Of a DNA stretch of 64,000 nt, positions 1 through 10,123 are shown in pieces. Below the pieces are notes generated by a model, which had not been told where the DNA came from, made no database searches, and worked only from the letters and a program-made list of their open reading frames with translations. The stretch comes from a virus, in the IMG/VR virus record IMGVR_UViG_3300027708_000021. One strand, given 5' to 3'. The translations under genes were made by a program, and so were the position numbers. The stretch's first letter is position 1, and every line of letters starts with the position of its first letter.

Positions 1-1
1 A

Positions 2-3000
2 CTAGGACTCAGTGATCAGACAAATCGTTCTAGTCCAGTACAGGTAGGAGTATTAAGCACATGGACTAGTGTAGGGGCCGGTGGTTACTTTACTGTTGCC
101 ACGCAAACATCTGGTACATTATGGGCCTGGGGTAATAACAGTTTTGGTCAATTAGGCCTCAATACTTTGACTAATATTTCTAGTCCAGTACAACTGACTC
201 CTTTGGCTTTGTGGAGTAAGATAGCTACATCTAATGGATCTACCACTTCTGTAATAGGAATACAAAGCAATGGCACACTATGGGCTTGGGGCAATAACAC
301 TTTGGGTCAGTTAGGGGTCAATACTACAACAACTAGCTATTCTAGTCCAGTACAAGTTACTACACTAAATGGGTGGACACAAGTTGCTAGCGGACTTTAT
401 TTCACTGCGGCACTACAAACTCCTGGCACACTATATGCTTGGGGTAGTAACAGTTACGGCCAACTAGGAATTAATACTGCAGTAGCCCAAACGCGATCGA
501 GCCCAACATTAATAGGATTGCCGCCAACAGGTTTATGGAGTAAAGTATTGGCATCTTGTGGCTATTCTACAGCATCAATTCAAAGCGATGGCACACTATG
601 GACATGGGGTAATAATCCTAACGGTCAATTAGGCCTTGGCGATCTAACAAATCGTTCCATCCCAATACAAGTAGGTACATTGAACACGTGGAGCCAACTT
701 GCTGGCGGGCAATTTGGTTTTATGCTAGCTATCCAGACACCAGGAACATTATGGTCCTGGGGTGTAAATAACTTTGGTCAATTGGGTCTTAACACATCAA
801 CTAACTACTCTAGTCCCATACAAGTGGGCACACTGAACTATTGGACTCGAGTTTCCAGCGGATATTTTCATACAGCGGCCATATTAAGCCCAGGTACATT
901 GTGGACATGGGGTTTTAATGCTTATGGTCAAAATGGTCTCAATACTTCGACTAGCTACTCTAGTCCGGTACAAGTGGGAGCATTGAACTATTGGACTCAA
1001 GTTGCTTGCGGATATAATCATACTGCGTCTATTCAGAGCCCCGGTACACTATGGACCTGGGGTAGTAACAGTTACGGCCAACTGGGCATTAACACTGCAA
1101 TAGCCCAAACCCGATCAAGTCCAGTACAAGTGGGTACGCTGAGTACATGGACCCAAGTTGCCTGCGGATATAATTATACTGCGGCCATACAAAGCCCGGG
1201 CACATTGTGGATGTGGGGAAATAACAGTTTTGGCCAATTAGGACAAAGCAACACTACTAACAGAAGTAGTCCAGTACAAGTAGGAGCATTATCTATATGG
1301 ACCAATGTGTCGACTGCTACTAGTAGTAGTAATTCTTTTACTGCAGCCATACAAACGCCAGGAACATTATGGACTTGGGGTAATAATAGTTTTGGTCAAC
1401 TAGGGCTTAATACTTCCACATTAAGTAATATTTTCAGTCCAGTGCAAGTTGGTGCTCTGAGTACGTGGACCCAAATCTCTGCCGGAGTAGCGTATACCGC
1501 AGCTATACTGAGTAATGGAATATTGTATGAATGGGGTCAGAATAATGCTGGACAATTGGGGCAAAATAATACATCTAATCGTTCCAGCCCAACACAAATA
1601 GGTGGGCCATCGTGGACACAGGTCGCTTGCGGATATTATCATAGCACAGCCATACAAAGCAATGGTACATTGTGGTCATGGGGAGCAAATAGTTTTGGTC
1701 AATTAGGGCTTAATACTTCAATATTAAGTAATATTTCAAGTCCAGTACAAGTTGGAGCATTAAGTGTATGGACTCGCGTAGCTCTCGGCAATTATCACAC
1801 TCTAGGTATACAAACCCCGGGTACATTATATGCTTGGGGATTGAATAGTTTTGGTCAATTAGGTACAGGTAATCAAACAAATCTTTCAAGTCCATTACAA
1901 GTTGGCGCACTATCAATCTGGACACAGATTGCTTGCGGATATAGTCATACACTTGCTATACAAACGCCAGGCACACTATGGTCATGGGGTAATAATAGTT
2001 TTGGTCAGTTAGGTCTTAGCGATCAGACAAATAGAAGTAGCCCAGTACAATTAGGTTCATTAAGCACATGGACTCAAGTCTCATGTGGAGCATATTGGTC
2101 TATGGCACTGCAAAACAATGGTACATTATGGTCTTGGGGACTAAACTCATTTGGCCAATTAGGCACCAGCAATCAAGTAAATTATTCTAGTCCAGTACAA
2201 GTAGGCATACTAAGTATCTGGTCTCAAATTGGTAGCCAAGGCAATGCCGCCGCAGTTATACAAAGTAACGGTACATTGTGGTCATGGGGAAGTAATAGTT
2301 TTGGCCAGTTAGGTCTCAATACTAGTACTAATTGGTCTAGTCCAGTACTAATAAACGGAATAAGTAATTGGATACAAGTCACATGTGGCTACTCAAACAC
2401 ACTGGCATTACTGAGCAATGGCTCATTATGGGCTTGGGGCAATAATGTTCAGGGTCAATTAGGTCTTAACACTTCAACTAACTACTCTAGTCCAATACAA
2501 GTAGGCTTATTAAGTTTATGGTCACAAGTATCCAGCGCAGGGTCTTCCACTACAGCTATACAAACACCGGGTACCTTATGGTCTTGGGGATTGAATAGTT
2601 ACGGCGCTTTAGGTCTCAATACTTTAACCAATTACTCTAGCCCAGTACAAATAGGCAATCAATCTTATTGGACTCAACTGGCTGTTAACAATTTTGGAAG
2701 TAGTGCGGTCAGTCAAGGTTTCATGGCTGCCATACAAAGCCCAGGTACACTATGGCTTTGGGGTAATAACAGTTATAATCAATTAGGCTATAGTCCGATA
2801 TCTTATAGAAGTTTTGCCACTCAGATAGGTACATCAGGAGCGTGGACAGGATTCCCCACAGGATCACAGAATAGTATATGGGGCGCCGCAATAAATTCCA
2901 ATAACAATTTATATGTCTGGGGTGTTAATTCCAATAGAATATTAAATTCTAATTATTATATCTATGATACCGTTGATACCATAGCACAAGGTTCAGTTAT

Positions 3001-6000
3001 AGTAAATCCAGTGCCGTTAGATCCTACATTAAGCACACCTATTAAATCAGTGTCGATCGGTGATCAGTTTGGTGTATATGTACAGACTAATGGCACATTA
3101 TGGTCTTGGGGCAATGTAAGTTTTGGTCAAGTGCCCGTAGGAATTCGATCAGTGCCAAGTGCGACTTATATGTCAGGCTGGACTAGAGTGGCTTCTGGGC
3201 CCAGCATCAGTTATCAAAGCATAGCTATACAAAGTCCAGGGACACTATGGTCGTGGGGAAATAATGCAAATGGAGCGTTGGGACTTAGTGACACATCAAC
3301 TCGATCAAGCCCAGTACAAGTGGGCACAACAAGTACTTGGACGCAAATTGCCTGCGGGTATAATTTTAGTACAGCCCTACAAAGCAATGGGTCATTATGG
3401 TCATGGGGTTATAATGCTCATGGAGAATTAGGCCTGAGCGACACAGCAAATCGTTCTAGCCCAGTACAAGTGGGGGCATTAACTAGTTGGACGCAGGTTG
3501 CCAACGGTTATATATATTCAGTAGCTTTACAAACTAATGGTACATTATGGTCATGGGGTTACAATGGTAATGGTCAATTAGGCACTAACAGTCTAACTAA
3601 TGTTTCTAGTCCAGTAGTAGTGGCCTCTAGTGCGTATACGGCTGTATGGGCTAGTACAAATGGTGGTGGTGGTGGTTCCAGTTTTACAGCAGCAATACAA
3701 AGCAATGGTACACTATGGACATGGGGGTCAAATGCTGTTGGTGGGCAATTAGGTCTCGGCGATACAAATAATAGAAGTATTCCAACACAAGTGGGTTTAT
3801 CGAGCACATGGACCCAAATTTCTAGTGGAAATTATTTCACTGTAGCCCTACAAACTCCTGGCACATTATGGGCATGGGGGAATAACAGTCAAGGGCAATT
3901 GGGTCTTAACACATTAACTAACTACTCTAGTCCCGTACAAATGGGTGCGGTAAACTATTGGACGCAAGTATCCTGTGGTTATCAGCATACTGTTGCTCTA
4001 CAAACTCCAGGAACATTATGGTCCTGGGGAAATAACAGTTTTGGTCAGTTAGGCCTCAGCGATACGGTAACTCGTTCTAGTCCAACGCAAGTAGGTGTAC
4101 TGAACTATTGGACACAAGTCTCAAATGGACATAATTTCACAGCAGCCATACTAAGCCCTGGCACATTATGGGCATGGGGCGGTAACGGGGATGGTCAATT
4201 GGGTCAAAGTAATACCACTGATCGATCAAGTCCAGTACAAGTAGGCGCACTGAGTATATGGACTCAGGTTGCCTCCGGAGTTAGATTCATGCTAGCATTA
4301 CAAAGCAACGGCACACTATGGGGTTGTGGATACAATTTTTTAGGTCAATTAGGAAATAATAGTACAACTAATCAATTAAGTCTAGTACAAGTGGGCTCGT
4401 TGAGTGTATGGACTAGAGTATCTGCTAGTACTTACCAGTCTATTGGATTACAAAGCAACGGCACACTATGGGCCTGGGGGTTTAATAGTAGTGGTCAATT
4501 GGGAGTCAGTAATACAACTAATAGATCCAGTCCAACACAAGTAGGCACTCTAAGCTCATGGACTCGAGTCTCTGCTTTAAACAGCTTTTCAAATGCTATA
4601 CAAAACGATGGTACATTATACATCTGGGGCACCAATGGCGGCAATGGACAATTAGGAAATAATAGTACAATTAATCAATCAAGTCCTATACAAGTGTCAT
4701 TAGTAGTTGGAGTACCTAGTACCGCATGGAATAAAATTTCCTGCGGATATGGTCAGACAGCAGCACTACAAAGCGATGGTACATTATGGGCTTGGGGTTA
4801 TAATAATTTTGGACAATTAGGAGTCGGTGATACCGTAAGTCGTTCTAGTCCAGGTCAAATAGGACAATCACCAGGTATTGGGCTATGGAACAAGATCAGT
4901 GGCGGCGGCGCATACTTTGCAGGAATTCAAAGCAACGGAACGCTATGGTCGTGGGGCAGTAATTTTTTGGGTGCGTTGGGACTTAATGACCAAAACAATC
5001 GGTCTAGTCCAGTGCAGATAGGCGCATTGAATATCTGGAGTCAAATCTTTTGCGGTCTAGACGCCAGTACACTAGCTATACAAAGCCCTGGTACATTATG
5101 GGCCTGGGGGCGCAATGATCTAGGCCAATTAGGTATTAGTACTATAACAAATCGTTCAAGTCCAACACAAGTAGGCGCAGTAAATTATTGGACAACTGCC
5201 GCTGTAGGAGCAGAGCATGCCTTAGCAATACAAAGCCCAGGTACACTATGGTCTTGGGGTTTTAATAATAATGGACAATTAGGTAATAATAGTAACTCTA
5301 ATAGAAGTAGCCCAGTACAAATTGGCCTATCAAGTACTTGGACTCGAGTGGCCTGCGGATCTTATTATACCGTAGCTATCCAAACACCAGGTACATTGTG
5401 GGCATGGGGAGATAATAGTTGGGGACAATTAGGCACCAGCAATCAATTTAATCGTTCTAGTCCAGTACAAATAGGCGCATTAAGTGTATGGACTCAAATT
5501 GCCTGCGGATACTCCAGCACAATAGCATTACAAAGCAACGGCACACTATGGACTTGGGGCAATAATAGTTATGGTCAACTAGGGCTCGGCGATCAAATAC
5601 ATCGATCTAGTCCAGTACAAGTGGGTCTATTAAGTCAATGGTCTCAGATCTCTTGCGGATATTATTTTAGTTCAGCTATACAAAATAATGGCACACTATG
5701 GTCATGGGGACTTAACAGTTATGGTCAACTAGGCCTAAGCGATGCAACAAATAGATCTAGCCCAGTTCAAATAGGCTCACTAAGTGTATGGGCTCAACTT
5801 GCACCCACTGGTGATTATAATATGGGGGCTATACAAAGTAATGGAACATTATGGACTTGGGGTAGAAATGACTCTGGTCAATTGGGTCAGAATAATATAG
5901 TTGCTGCTCAATCTAGTCCTGTACAATTAGGCGGTGGACCAACCTGGACTCAATTATCTGCTGGGTATTACTACACCGCAGCTATACAAACACCAGGTAC

Positions 6001-6736
6001 ACTATGGACTTGGGGTAATAATAGTTTTGGTCAACTGGGCAGTAGTAACACAACACATAGATCTAGTCCAGCACAAGTTGGTGCGTTGACCACATGGACA
6101 CAAGTTAGTTGTGGATACTATAGTACACTGGCAACACAAAGCAATGGCACACTATGGACTTGGGGTAATAACAGTTATGGTCAATTAGGTCAAAATGATA
6201 GTACTAACCGTTTTAGTCCAGTACAAGTAGGCACATTGAGTAATTGGTCTCAACTTAGTAACGGAGCCGCATTCTTAGCAGCCATACAAAGCAACGGAGT
6301 ATTATCACTATGGGGTAATAATAGTTATGGTCAACTAGGTTATGCTGCTGTGGTCGCTCCGCTTCAGGTGTCTACACAATCAATTTGGTCGCAAGTGGCT
6401 TGCGGTGTAAATCATGCCTTGGGTGTTCAAAGTAATGGCAGTCTTTGGGCATGGGGTAATAATAGTTTTGGCCAGTTGGGCACCAGCGATGTAACACATC
6501 GTAGTAGCATAACACAAGTAGGCACATTATCCAGCTGGAGTCGCGTGGCCTGCGGATTAGCGCACTCTGCGGCATTACAAAGTAATGGAACATTGTGGGC
6601 TTGGGGCAATAATAGTTGGGGTCAATTGGGACAAGGTAACATTACTAACACATCAAGTCCTGTACAAGTTGGCTCCTTGAGCAGATATGTATCAGTATAT
6701 GCTATGAATTATACTACCTTGGCAGAAACACAATGA
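2..6736 (+). CDS. Giant RCC1/BLIP-II repeat multi-beta-propeller protein (5'-partial; probable virion fibre/adhesin)
   Basis: The frame is open from nt 2 (LGLSDQTNRSSPVQVG...), so the ORF-track start at 167 is not the real start. About 43 repeats of W-x-Q-V-x-x-G...A-I-Q-S/T-N/P-G-T-L-W-x-W-G-x-N-x-x-G-Q-L-G...SSPVQVG. Confidence 0.9.
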   Translation, partial: LGLSDQTNRSSPVQVGVLSTWTSVGAGGYFTVATQTSGTLWAWGNNSFGQLGLNTLTNISSPVQLTPLALWSKIATSNGSTTSVIGIQSNGTLWAWGNNTLGQLGVNTTTTSYSSPVQVTTLNGWTQVASGLYFTAALQTPGTLYAWGSNSYGQLGINTAVAQTRSSPTLIGLPPTGLWSKVLASCGYSTASIQSDGTLWTWGNNPNGQLGLGDLTNRSIPIQVGTLNTWSQLAGGQFGFMLAIQTPGTLWSWGVNNFGQLGLNTSTNYSSPIQVGTLNYWTRVSSGYFHTAAILSPGTLWTWGFNAYGQNGLNTSTSYSSPVQVGALNYWTQVACGYNHTASIQSPGTLWTWGSNSYGQLGINTAIAQTRSSPVQVGTLSTWTQVACGYNYTAAIQSPGTLWMWGNNSFGQLGQSNTTNRSSPVQVGALSIWTNVSTATSSSNSFTAAIQTPGTLWTWGNNSFGQLGLNTSTLSNIFSPVQVGALSTWTQISAGVAYTAAILSNGILYEWGQNNAGQLGQNNTSNRSSPTQIGGPSWTQVACGYYHSTAIQSNGTLWSWGANSFGQLGLNTSILSNISSPVQVGALSVWTRVALGNYHTLGIQTPGTLYAWGLNSFGQLGTGNQTNLSSPLQVGALSIWTQIACGYSHTLAIQTPGTLWSWGNNSFGQLGLSDQTNRSSPVQLGSLSTWTQVSCGAYWSMALQNNGTLWSWGLNSFGQLGTSNQVNYSSPVQVGILSIWSQIGSQGNAAAVIQSNGTLWSWGSNSFGQLGLNTSTNWSSPVLINGISNWIQVTCGYSNTLALLSNGSLWAWGNNVQGQLGLNTSTNYSSPIQVGLLSLWSQVSSAGSSTTAIQTPGTLWSWGLNSYGALGLNTLTNYSSPVQIGNQSYWTQLAVNNFGSSAVSQGFMAAIQSPGTLWLWGNNSYNQLGYSPISYRSFATQIGTSGAWTGFPTGSQNSIWGAAINSNNNLYVWGVNSNRILNSNYYIYDTVDTIAQGSVIVNPVPLDPTLSTPIKSVSIGDQFGVYVQTNGTLWSWGNVSFGQVPVGIRSVPSATYMSGWTRVASGPSISYQSIAIQSPGTLWSWGNNANGALGLSDTSTRSSPVQVGTTSTWTQIACGYNFSTALQSNGSLWSWGYNAHGELGLSDTANRSSPVQVGALTSWTQVANGYIYSVALQTNGTLWSWGYNGNGQLGTNSLTNVSSPVVVASSAYTAVWASTNGGGGGSSFTAAIQSNGTLWTWGSNAVGGQLGLGDTNNRSIPTQVGLSSTWTQISSGNYFTVALQTPGTLWAWGNNSQGQLGLNTLTNYSSPVQMGAVNYWTQVSCGYQHTVALQTPGTLWSWGNNSFGQLGLSDTVTRSSPTQVGVLNYWTQVSNGHNFTAAILSPGTLWAWGGNGDGQLGQSNTTDRSSPVQVGALSIWTQVASGVRFMLALQSNGTLWGCGYNFLGQLGNNSTTNQLSLVQVGSLSVWTRVSASTYQSIGLQSNGTLWAWGFNSSGQLGVSNTTNRSSPTQVGTLSSWTRVSALNSFSNAIQNDGTLYIWGTNGGNGQLGNNSTINQSSPIQVSLVVGVPSTAWNKISCGYGQTAALQSDGTLWAWGYNNFGQLGVGDTVSRSSPGQIGQSPGIGLWNKISGGGAYFAGIQSNGTLWSWGSNFLGALGLNDQNNRSSPVQIGALNIWSQIFCGLDASTLAIQSPGTLWAWGRNDLGQLGISTITNRSSPTQVGAVNYWTTAAVGAEHALAIQSPGTLWSWGFNNNGQLGNNSNSNRSSPVQIGLSSTWTRVACGSYYTVAIQTPGTLWAWGDNSWGQLGTSNQFNRSSPVQIGALSVWTQIACGYSSTIALQSNGTLWTWGNNSYGQLGLGDQIHRSSPVQVGLLSQWSQISCGYYFSSAIQNNGTLWSWGLNSYGQLGLSDATNRSSPVQIGSLSVWAQLAPTGDYNMGAIQSNGTLWTWGRNDSGQLGQNNIVAAQSSPVQLGGGPTWTQLSAGYYYTAAIQTPGTLWTWGNNSFGQLGSSNTTHRSSPAQVGALTTWTQVSCGYYSTLATQSNGTLWTWGNNSYGQLGQNDSTNRFSPVQVGTLSNWSQLSNGAAFLAAIQSNGVLSLWGNNSYGQLGYAAVVAPLQVSTQSIWSQVACGVNHALGVQSNGSLWAWGNNSFGQLGTSDVTHRSSITQVGTLSSWSRVACGLAHSAALQSNGTLWAWGNNSWGQLGQGNITNTSSPVQVGSLSRYVSVYAMNYTTLAETQ

Positions 6737-7869
6737 CCTATAATATAAACAGTAGCCAAGTACTCAATAATAGATATTTTAGTAATTCTACATTTTCCGC
6801 AAACAATGCATTGTATGCCTGGGGTAATAACACTTTTGGTCAATTAGGCCTCAGCGATACAACTAACAGATCAAGTCCAGCGCAAGTTGGCACCTTGAAC
6901 TACTGGACCCAAGTATCCTGCGGATATAATTATTTCTCTCTAGCACTACAAAGTCCAGGAACATTATGGTCCTGGGGAAGCAATTCTTTTGGTCAGTTGG
7001 GTGTTAATACCGCGCCTACAAACAATACCTCTAGCCCAGTACGTGTAGGCTCACTAAGCAACTGGCTACAAATAGCAGCTGGTAACGCCCACTGGTTAGC
7101 TATCCAAAGCCCAGGCACATTATGGAGTTGTGGATATAATGGATACGGTCAGTTAGGTCTTAATACTTCAACAAATTATTCTAGTCCTGTACAGATTGGC
7201 GCTTTGAACACTTGGACACAAGTAGCAGCTGGTAATTACTCTAGTTATGCTATACAGAATACCGGAACACTATGGTCTTGGGGAGTTAATACCTATGGAC
7301 AGTTGGGTCAAATTAATACTACAAACTATTCTAGTCCAGTACAAGTAGGTACATTGAGCACTTGGACACAGATATCCGTGAATTCTACATCTGCTACTGC
7401 TCTAGCAATACAAAGCAATGGTACATTATGGTCGTGGGGCATCAATAATTATGGTCAAATAGGCAATAGCAATACTGTTAATCAATCTAGTCCAGCGCAG
7501 ATAGGCACTTTATCTCTTTGGACCAGAATCGCCAACGGTGGATATTCAAGCTATGCTATACAAAGCAATGGTACACTATGGGCATGGGGATTGAACAGCC
7601 AAGGTCAACTAGGTCTTAACACCACTGTAGGAGTATCTAGTCCGGTACAAGTGGGTACAGCTAGTACTTGGTCGCAGGTAGGCGCCGGCGCACTACAGTT
7701 GATAGCTATACAAAACAATGGCACGTTATGGATGTGTGGCTATAACGCCCAAGGTCAATTAGGAAACAATTCAACTACCAACATTTCTACACTCACCCAA
7801 GTAGGGTCACTAAATAAATGGAACTTTGCTACAGGTGCTTGGCAGATTTTGGCACAGCAAATTCCTTAA
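6733..7869 (+). CDS. Single 7-bladed RCC1-repeat protein, paralog of the upstream giant protein
   Basis: Same repeat consensus; ATGA overlap with the upstream stop. Confidence 0.9.
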   Translation: MTYNINSSQVLNNRYFSNSTFSANNALYAWGNNTFGQLGLSDTTNRSSPAQVGTLNYWTQVSCGYNYFSLALQSPGTLWSWGSNSFGQLGVNTAPTNNTSSPVRVGSLSNWLQIAAGNAHWLAIQSPGTLWSCGYNGYGQLGLNTSTNYSSPVQIGALNTWTQVAAGNYSSYAIQNTGTLWSWGVNTYGQLGQINTTNYSSPVQVGTLSTWTQISVNSTSATALAIQSNGTLWSWGINNYGQIGNSNTVNQSSPAQIGTLSLWTRIANGGYSSYAIQSNGTLWAWGLNSQGQLGLNTTVGVSSPVQVGTASTWSQVGAGALQLIAIQNNGTLWMCGYNAQGQLGNNSTTNISTLTQVGSLNKWNFATGAWQILAQQIP

Positions 7870-7885
7870 TTTAGACAGGTGATTA

Positions 7886-8536
7886 ATGAAACAACTTATT
7901 ATTGACAGCGGGTTTTACAACGATCCCGAGCAAATGAAGACACTCTTCGTGAATCTTGACTTTGTAAAGAATGAAAACATGTTACAAGGCAAGATATGTC
8001 CCATGCAGTTTGCCAATGATGACATGTTACGGCATATCCAGAATATCATTGGAGTACCAGACAATATCTCCGCATTTGAATTTGTTGCAGGATCCGGCAC
8101 ATTTATCAGTAACCAAGCAGATGAATTGCCGGCCAGATCAGTTTGTATCCAATATCCGGAGCCTAACACACAATGGGTAGGCGTTGTATCTCTAAACAAG
8201 TCTGAAAAACCGCATTATTTGAAATTCTACAAACACAAGCGTACAGGTTGGGACCATGTTTCCATGGATCCAGAAGAGTTGTCCAAAGAGAAATTGTATT
8301 CCTATGAGCACATCGAAGCATTCATGGCTTTTGAAAATAATAATTGGGAAGATAAATGGGAAGAAACTAGCCGCGTTGAGTTAAAACCTAACGAATTGGT
8401 GTTGTTTAGACCTTGGATGTTCCATTCTTACAATGATGTTTTTGGTGATAGCCAGCAGACAGCCAGACTTCTCCAATTCTTCTTCTTAAAACCTACACAA
8501 GACTTGACAACTAGCCAAGAACCAAGTACAATCTAA
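7886..8536 (+). CDS. 2OG-Fe(II) oxygenase-like protein (DUF6445-like)
   Basis: C-terminal NELVLFRPWMFHS...FGD...ARLLQFFF resembles the jelly-roll oxygenase end; the first HxD is not evident. Confidence 0.55.
   Translation: MKQLIIDSGFYNDPEQMKTLFVNLDFVKNENMLQGKICPMQFANDDMLRHIQNIIGVPDNISAFEFVAGSGTFISNQADELPARSVCIQYPEPNTQWVGVVSLNKSEKPHYLKFYKHKRTGWDHVSMDPEELSKEKLYSYEHIEAFMAFENNNWEDKWEETSRVELKPNELVLFRPWMFHSYNDVFGDSQQTARLLQFFFLKPTQDLTTSQEPSTI
8504..8532 (+). promoter_or_regulatory. sigma70-type promoter upstream of the sulfotransferase/glycosyltransferase genes
   Basis: TTGACA (8504-8509), 17-nt spacer, TACAAT (8527-8532). Confidence 0.7.
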
Positions 8537-8564
8537 TTAGAAGTATCTAAACGGAAAAATTATC

Positions 8565-9344
8565 ATGGAAAATATTCATTTCATCTCTGGCCTTCCACGT
8601 GCGGGCACAACATTATTATCTTCAATCCTTAAACAGAATCCAAAATTTAATAGTTCGATCTCAGGACCACTTGCTCGGTTTTATAGAGCTATCATCGAAG
8701 AATCACAATCACAAGGCGGATATCGTTTTCAATGCCCCAAAGAAAAACGCAAAGAGTTGATACACTCTGTTACAGACACATATTATAAAGATAGTGCGCC
8801 AACAGTATTTGATACTAATCGGGGTTGGACATATCTAACTCCAATGCTAGCTGATTTATATCCCAAGGCCAAGACTATTGTTTGTATCCGTAGTATTCCT
8901 TGGATCATCGACAGCTTTGAAACATTGTTTGCCAAAAATCCATATGATGTTCCCCTTATGTTTCCACAAGGTGCTGGCGTTAGTGTTTATAGTCGTGCCA
9001 AGTACTTGACAGATCCTTCGGCATTCGTAGGATTTGCCTATGACGGTGTCAAGCAAGCCATGTTTGGACCTAACAAAGAAAACATCATGGTTGTACAATA
9101 CGACCAGCTGGCTAAAAATCCTAAACTAGTAATGAAGAAGATCTATGAATTTATTGGCGAGCCGTGGTATGAACACGACTTTGACAATGTTCAAGGCGAC
9201 TACGACGAGTTCGACACTGACATGAATATCAATGGATTACATCATGTACGCCAGAAGGTACAGTATAAAGAGCGTCAGACTATATTGCCAGGAGACTTAT
9301 TCAATCATCTCGAGCAGATGGATTTCTGGAAACATCTTAAATGA
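8565..9344 (+). CDS. PAPS-dependent sulfotransferase
   Basis: 5'-PSB loop FISGLPRAGTTLL; 3'-PB-like IRSIPWIIDS; YDQLAKNP...IYEFIGE. Confidence 0.85.
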   Translation: MENIHFISGLPRAGTTLLSSILKQNPKFNSSISGPLARFYRAIIEESQSQGGYRFQCPKEKRKELIHSVTDTYYKDSAPTVFDTNRGWTYLTPMLADLYPKAKTIVCIRSIPWIIDSFETLFAKNPYDVPLMFPQGAGVSVYSRAKYLTDPSAFVGFAYDGVKQAMFGPNKENIMVVQYDQLAKNPKLVMKKIYEFIGEPWYEHDFDNVQGDYDEFDTDMNINGLHHVRQKVQYKERQTILPGDLFNHLEQMDFWKHLK

Positions 9345-10123
9345 TAGGTAAGCCCCGTAGGAATGTGTTGGTATCTGCAGAATGTGGCACACTATTAGTC
9401 AATAGATTTGATTACAATCCAGCAAATAACTTTGGGGTAGGGCAGTTTATACTAGACAAAGGGATCGACTGTATGGTCCCTGCTTACATATTAAAAAGAT
9501 ATTTTACAGACATAGCTAATCCCGTAGTAATAGATGTAGGATCTAATATAGGTGTATTTGCTCTCCAAGCAGCACAACATGTGGAACAATTTAACGGCTA
9601 TGTCTATGCCTTTGAACCACAGGAACAACCATTCTATCTTAACTGTGCTAACTATGCCTTGAACAATATCGACAATGCTAGAGTAGAACGATTAGCAGTT
9701 GGCGATACAACCAAGCCAATCACCATACCCAAAATTAATTACTATCAACCTTCTAGCTTTGGTAGTGTGGGATTGACTGGCGAATATGACGGAGATGTAG
9801 GACAAGAATTAGATTTTGGCAATGGTGATCAGGTACCCCAGATCATCATCGATGAATATTTTAAAGATATCGGTAATATTGTATTCGTAAAAATAGATGT
9901 AGAAGGCATGGAGATGAATGTCTTAAAAGGCTCCATGGAAACTATCAAACGGAATCGTCCTTTCTTATTTGTAGAATATACTAAACAACCAAATAACGGC
10001 AACGACTTGAAAGAATTTATTGAGGCCTTGGATTATACAATATATATTACACATCAAGATTTTGTTTGTATTCCAAACGAAAGAGTTGATACAAAAATAC
10101 AAGAGATATTAAACGAATTATGA
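9341..10123 (+). CDS. FkbM-family SAM-dependent methyltransferase
   Basis: VIDVGSNIG, VYAFEP, FVKIDVEGMEMNVLKG. Confidence 0.9.
   Translation: MIGKPRRNVLVSAECGTLLVNRFDYNPANNFGVGQFILDKGIDCMVPAYILKRYFTDIANPVVIDVGSNIGVFALQAAQHVEQFNGYVYAFEPQEQPFYLNCANYALNNIDNARVERLAVGDTTKPITIPKINYYQPSSFGSVGLTGEYDGDVGQELDFGNGDQVPQIIIDEYFKDIGNIVFVKIDVEGMEMNVLKGSMETIKRNRPFLFVEYTKQPNNGNDLKEFIEALDYTIYITHQDFVCIPNERVDTKIQEILNEL

Noticed and set aside
167-169. TTG start given by the ORF track for the giant RCC1 gene
   Set aside because: The frame is open and repeat-coding from nt 2; the true start lies upstream of the window.
2-7869. Diversity-generating retroelement or CRISPR-like array in the repeat region
   Set aside because: The repeats are in-frame coding units. 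Differences between the closest copies are not adenine-specific, and no reverse transcriptase or cas gene is in the window.
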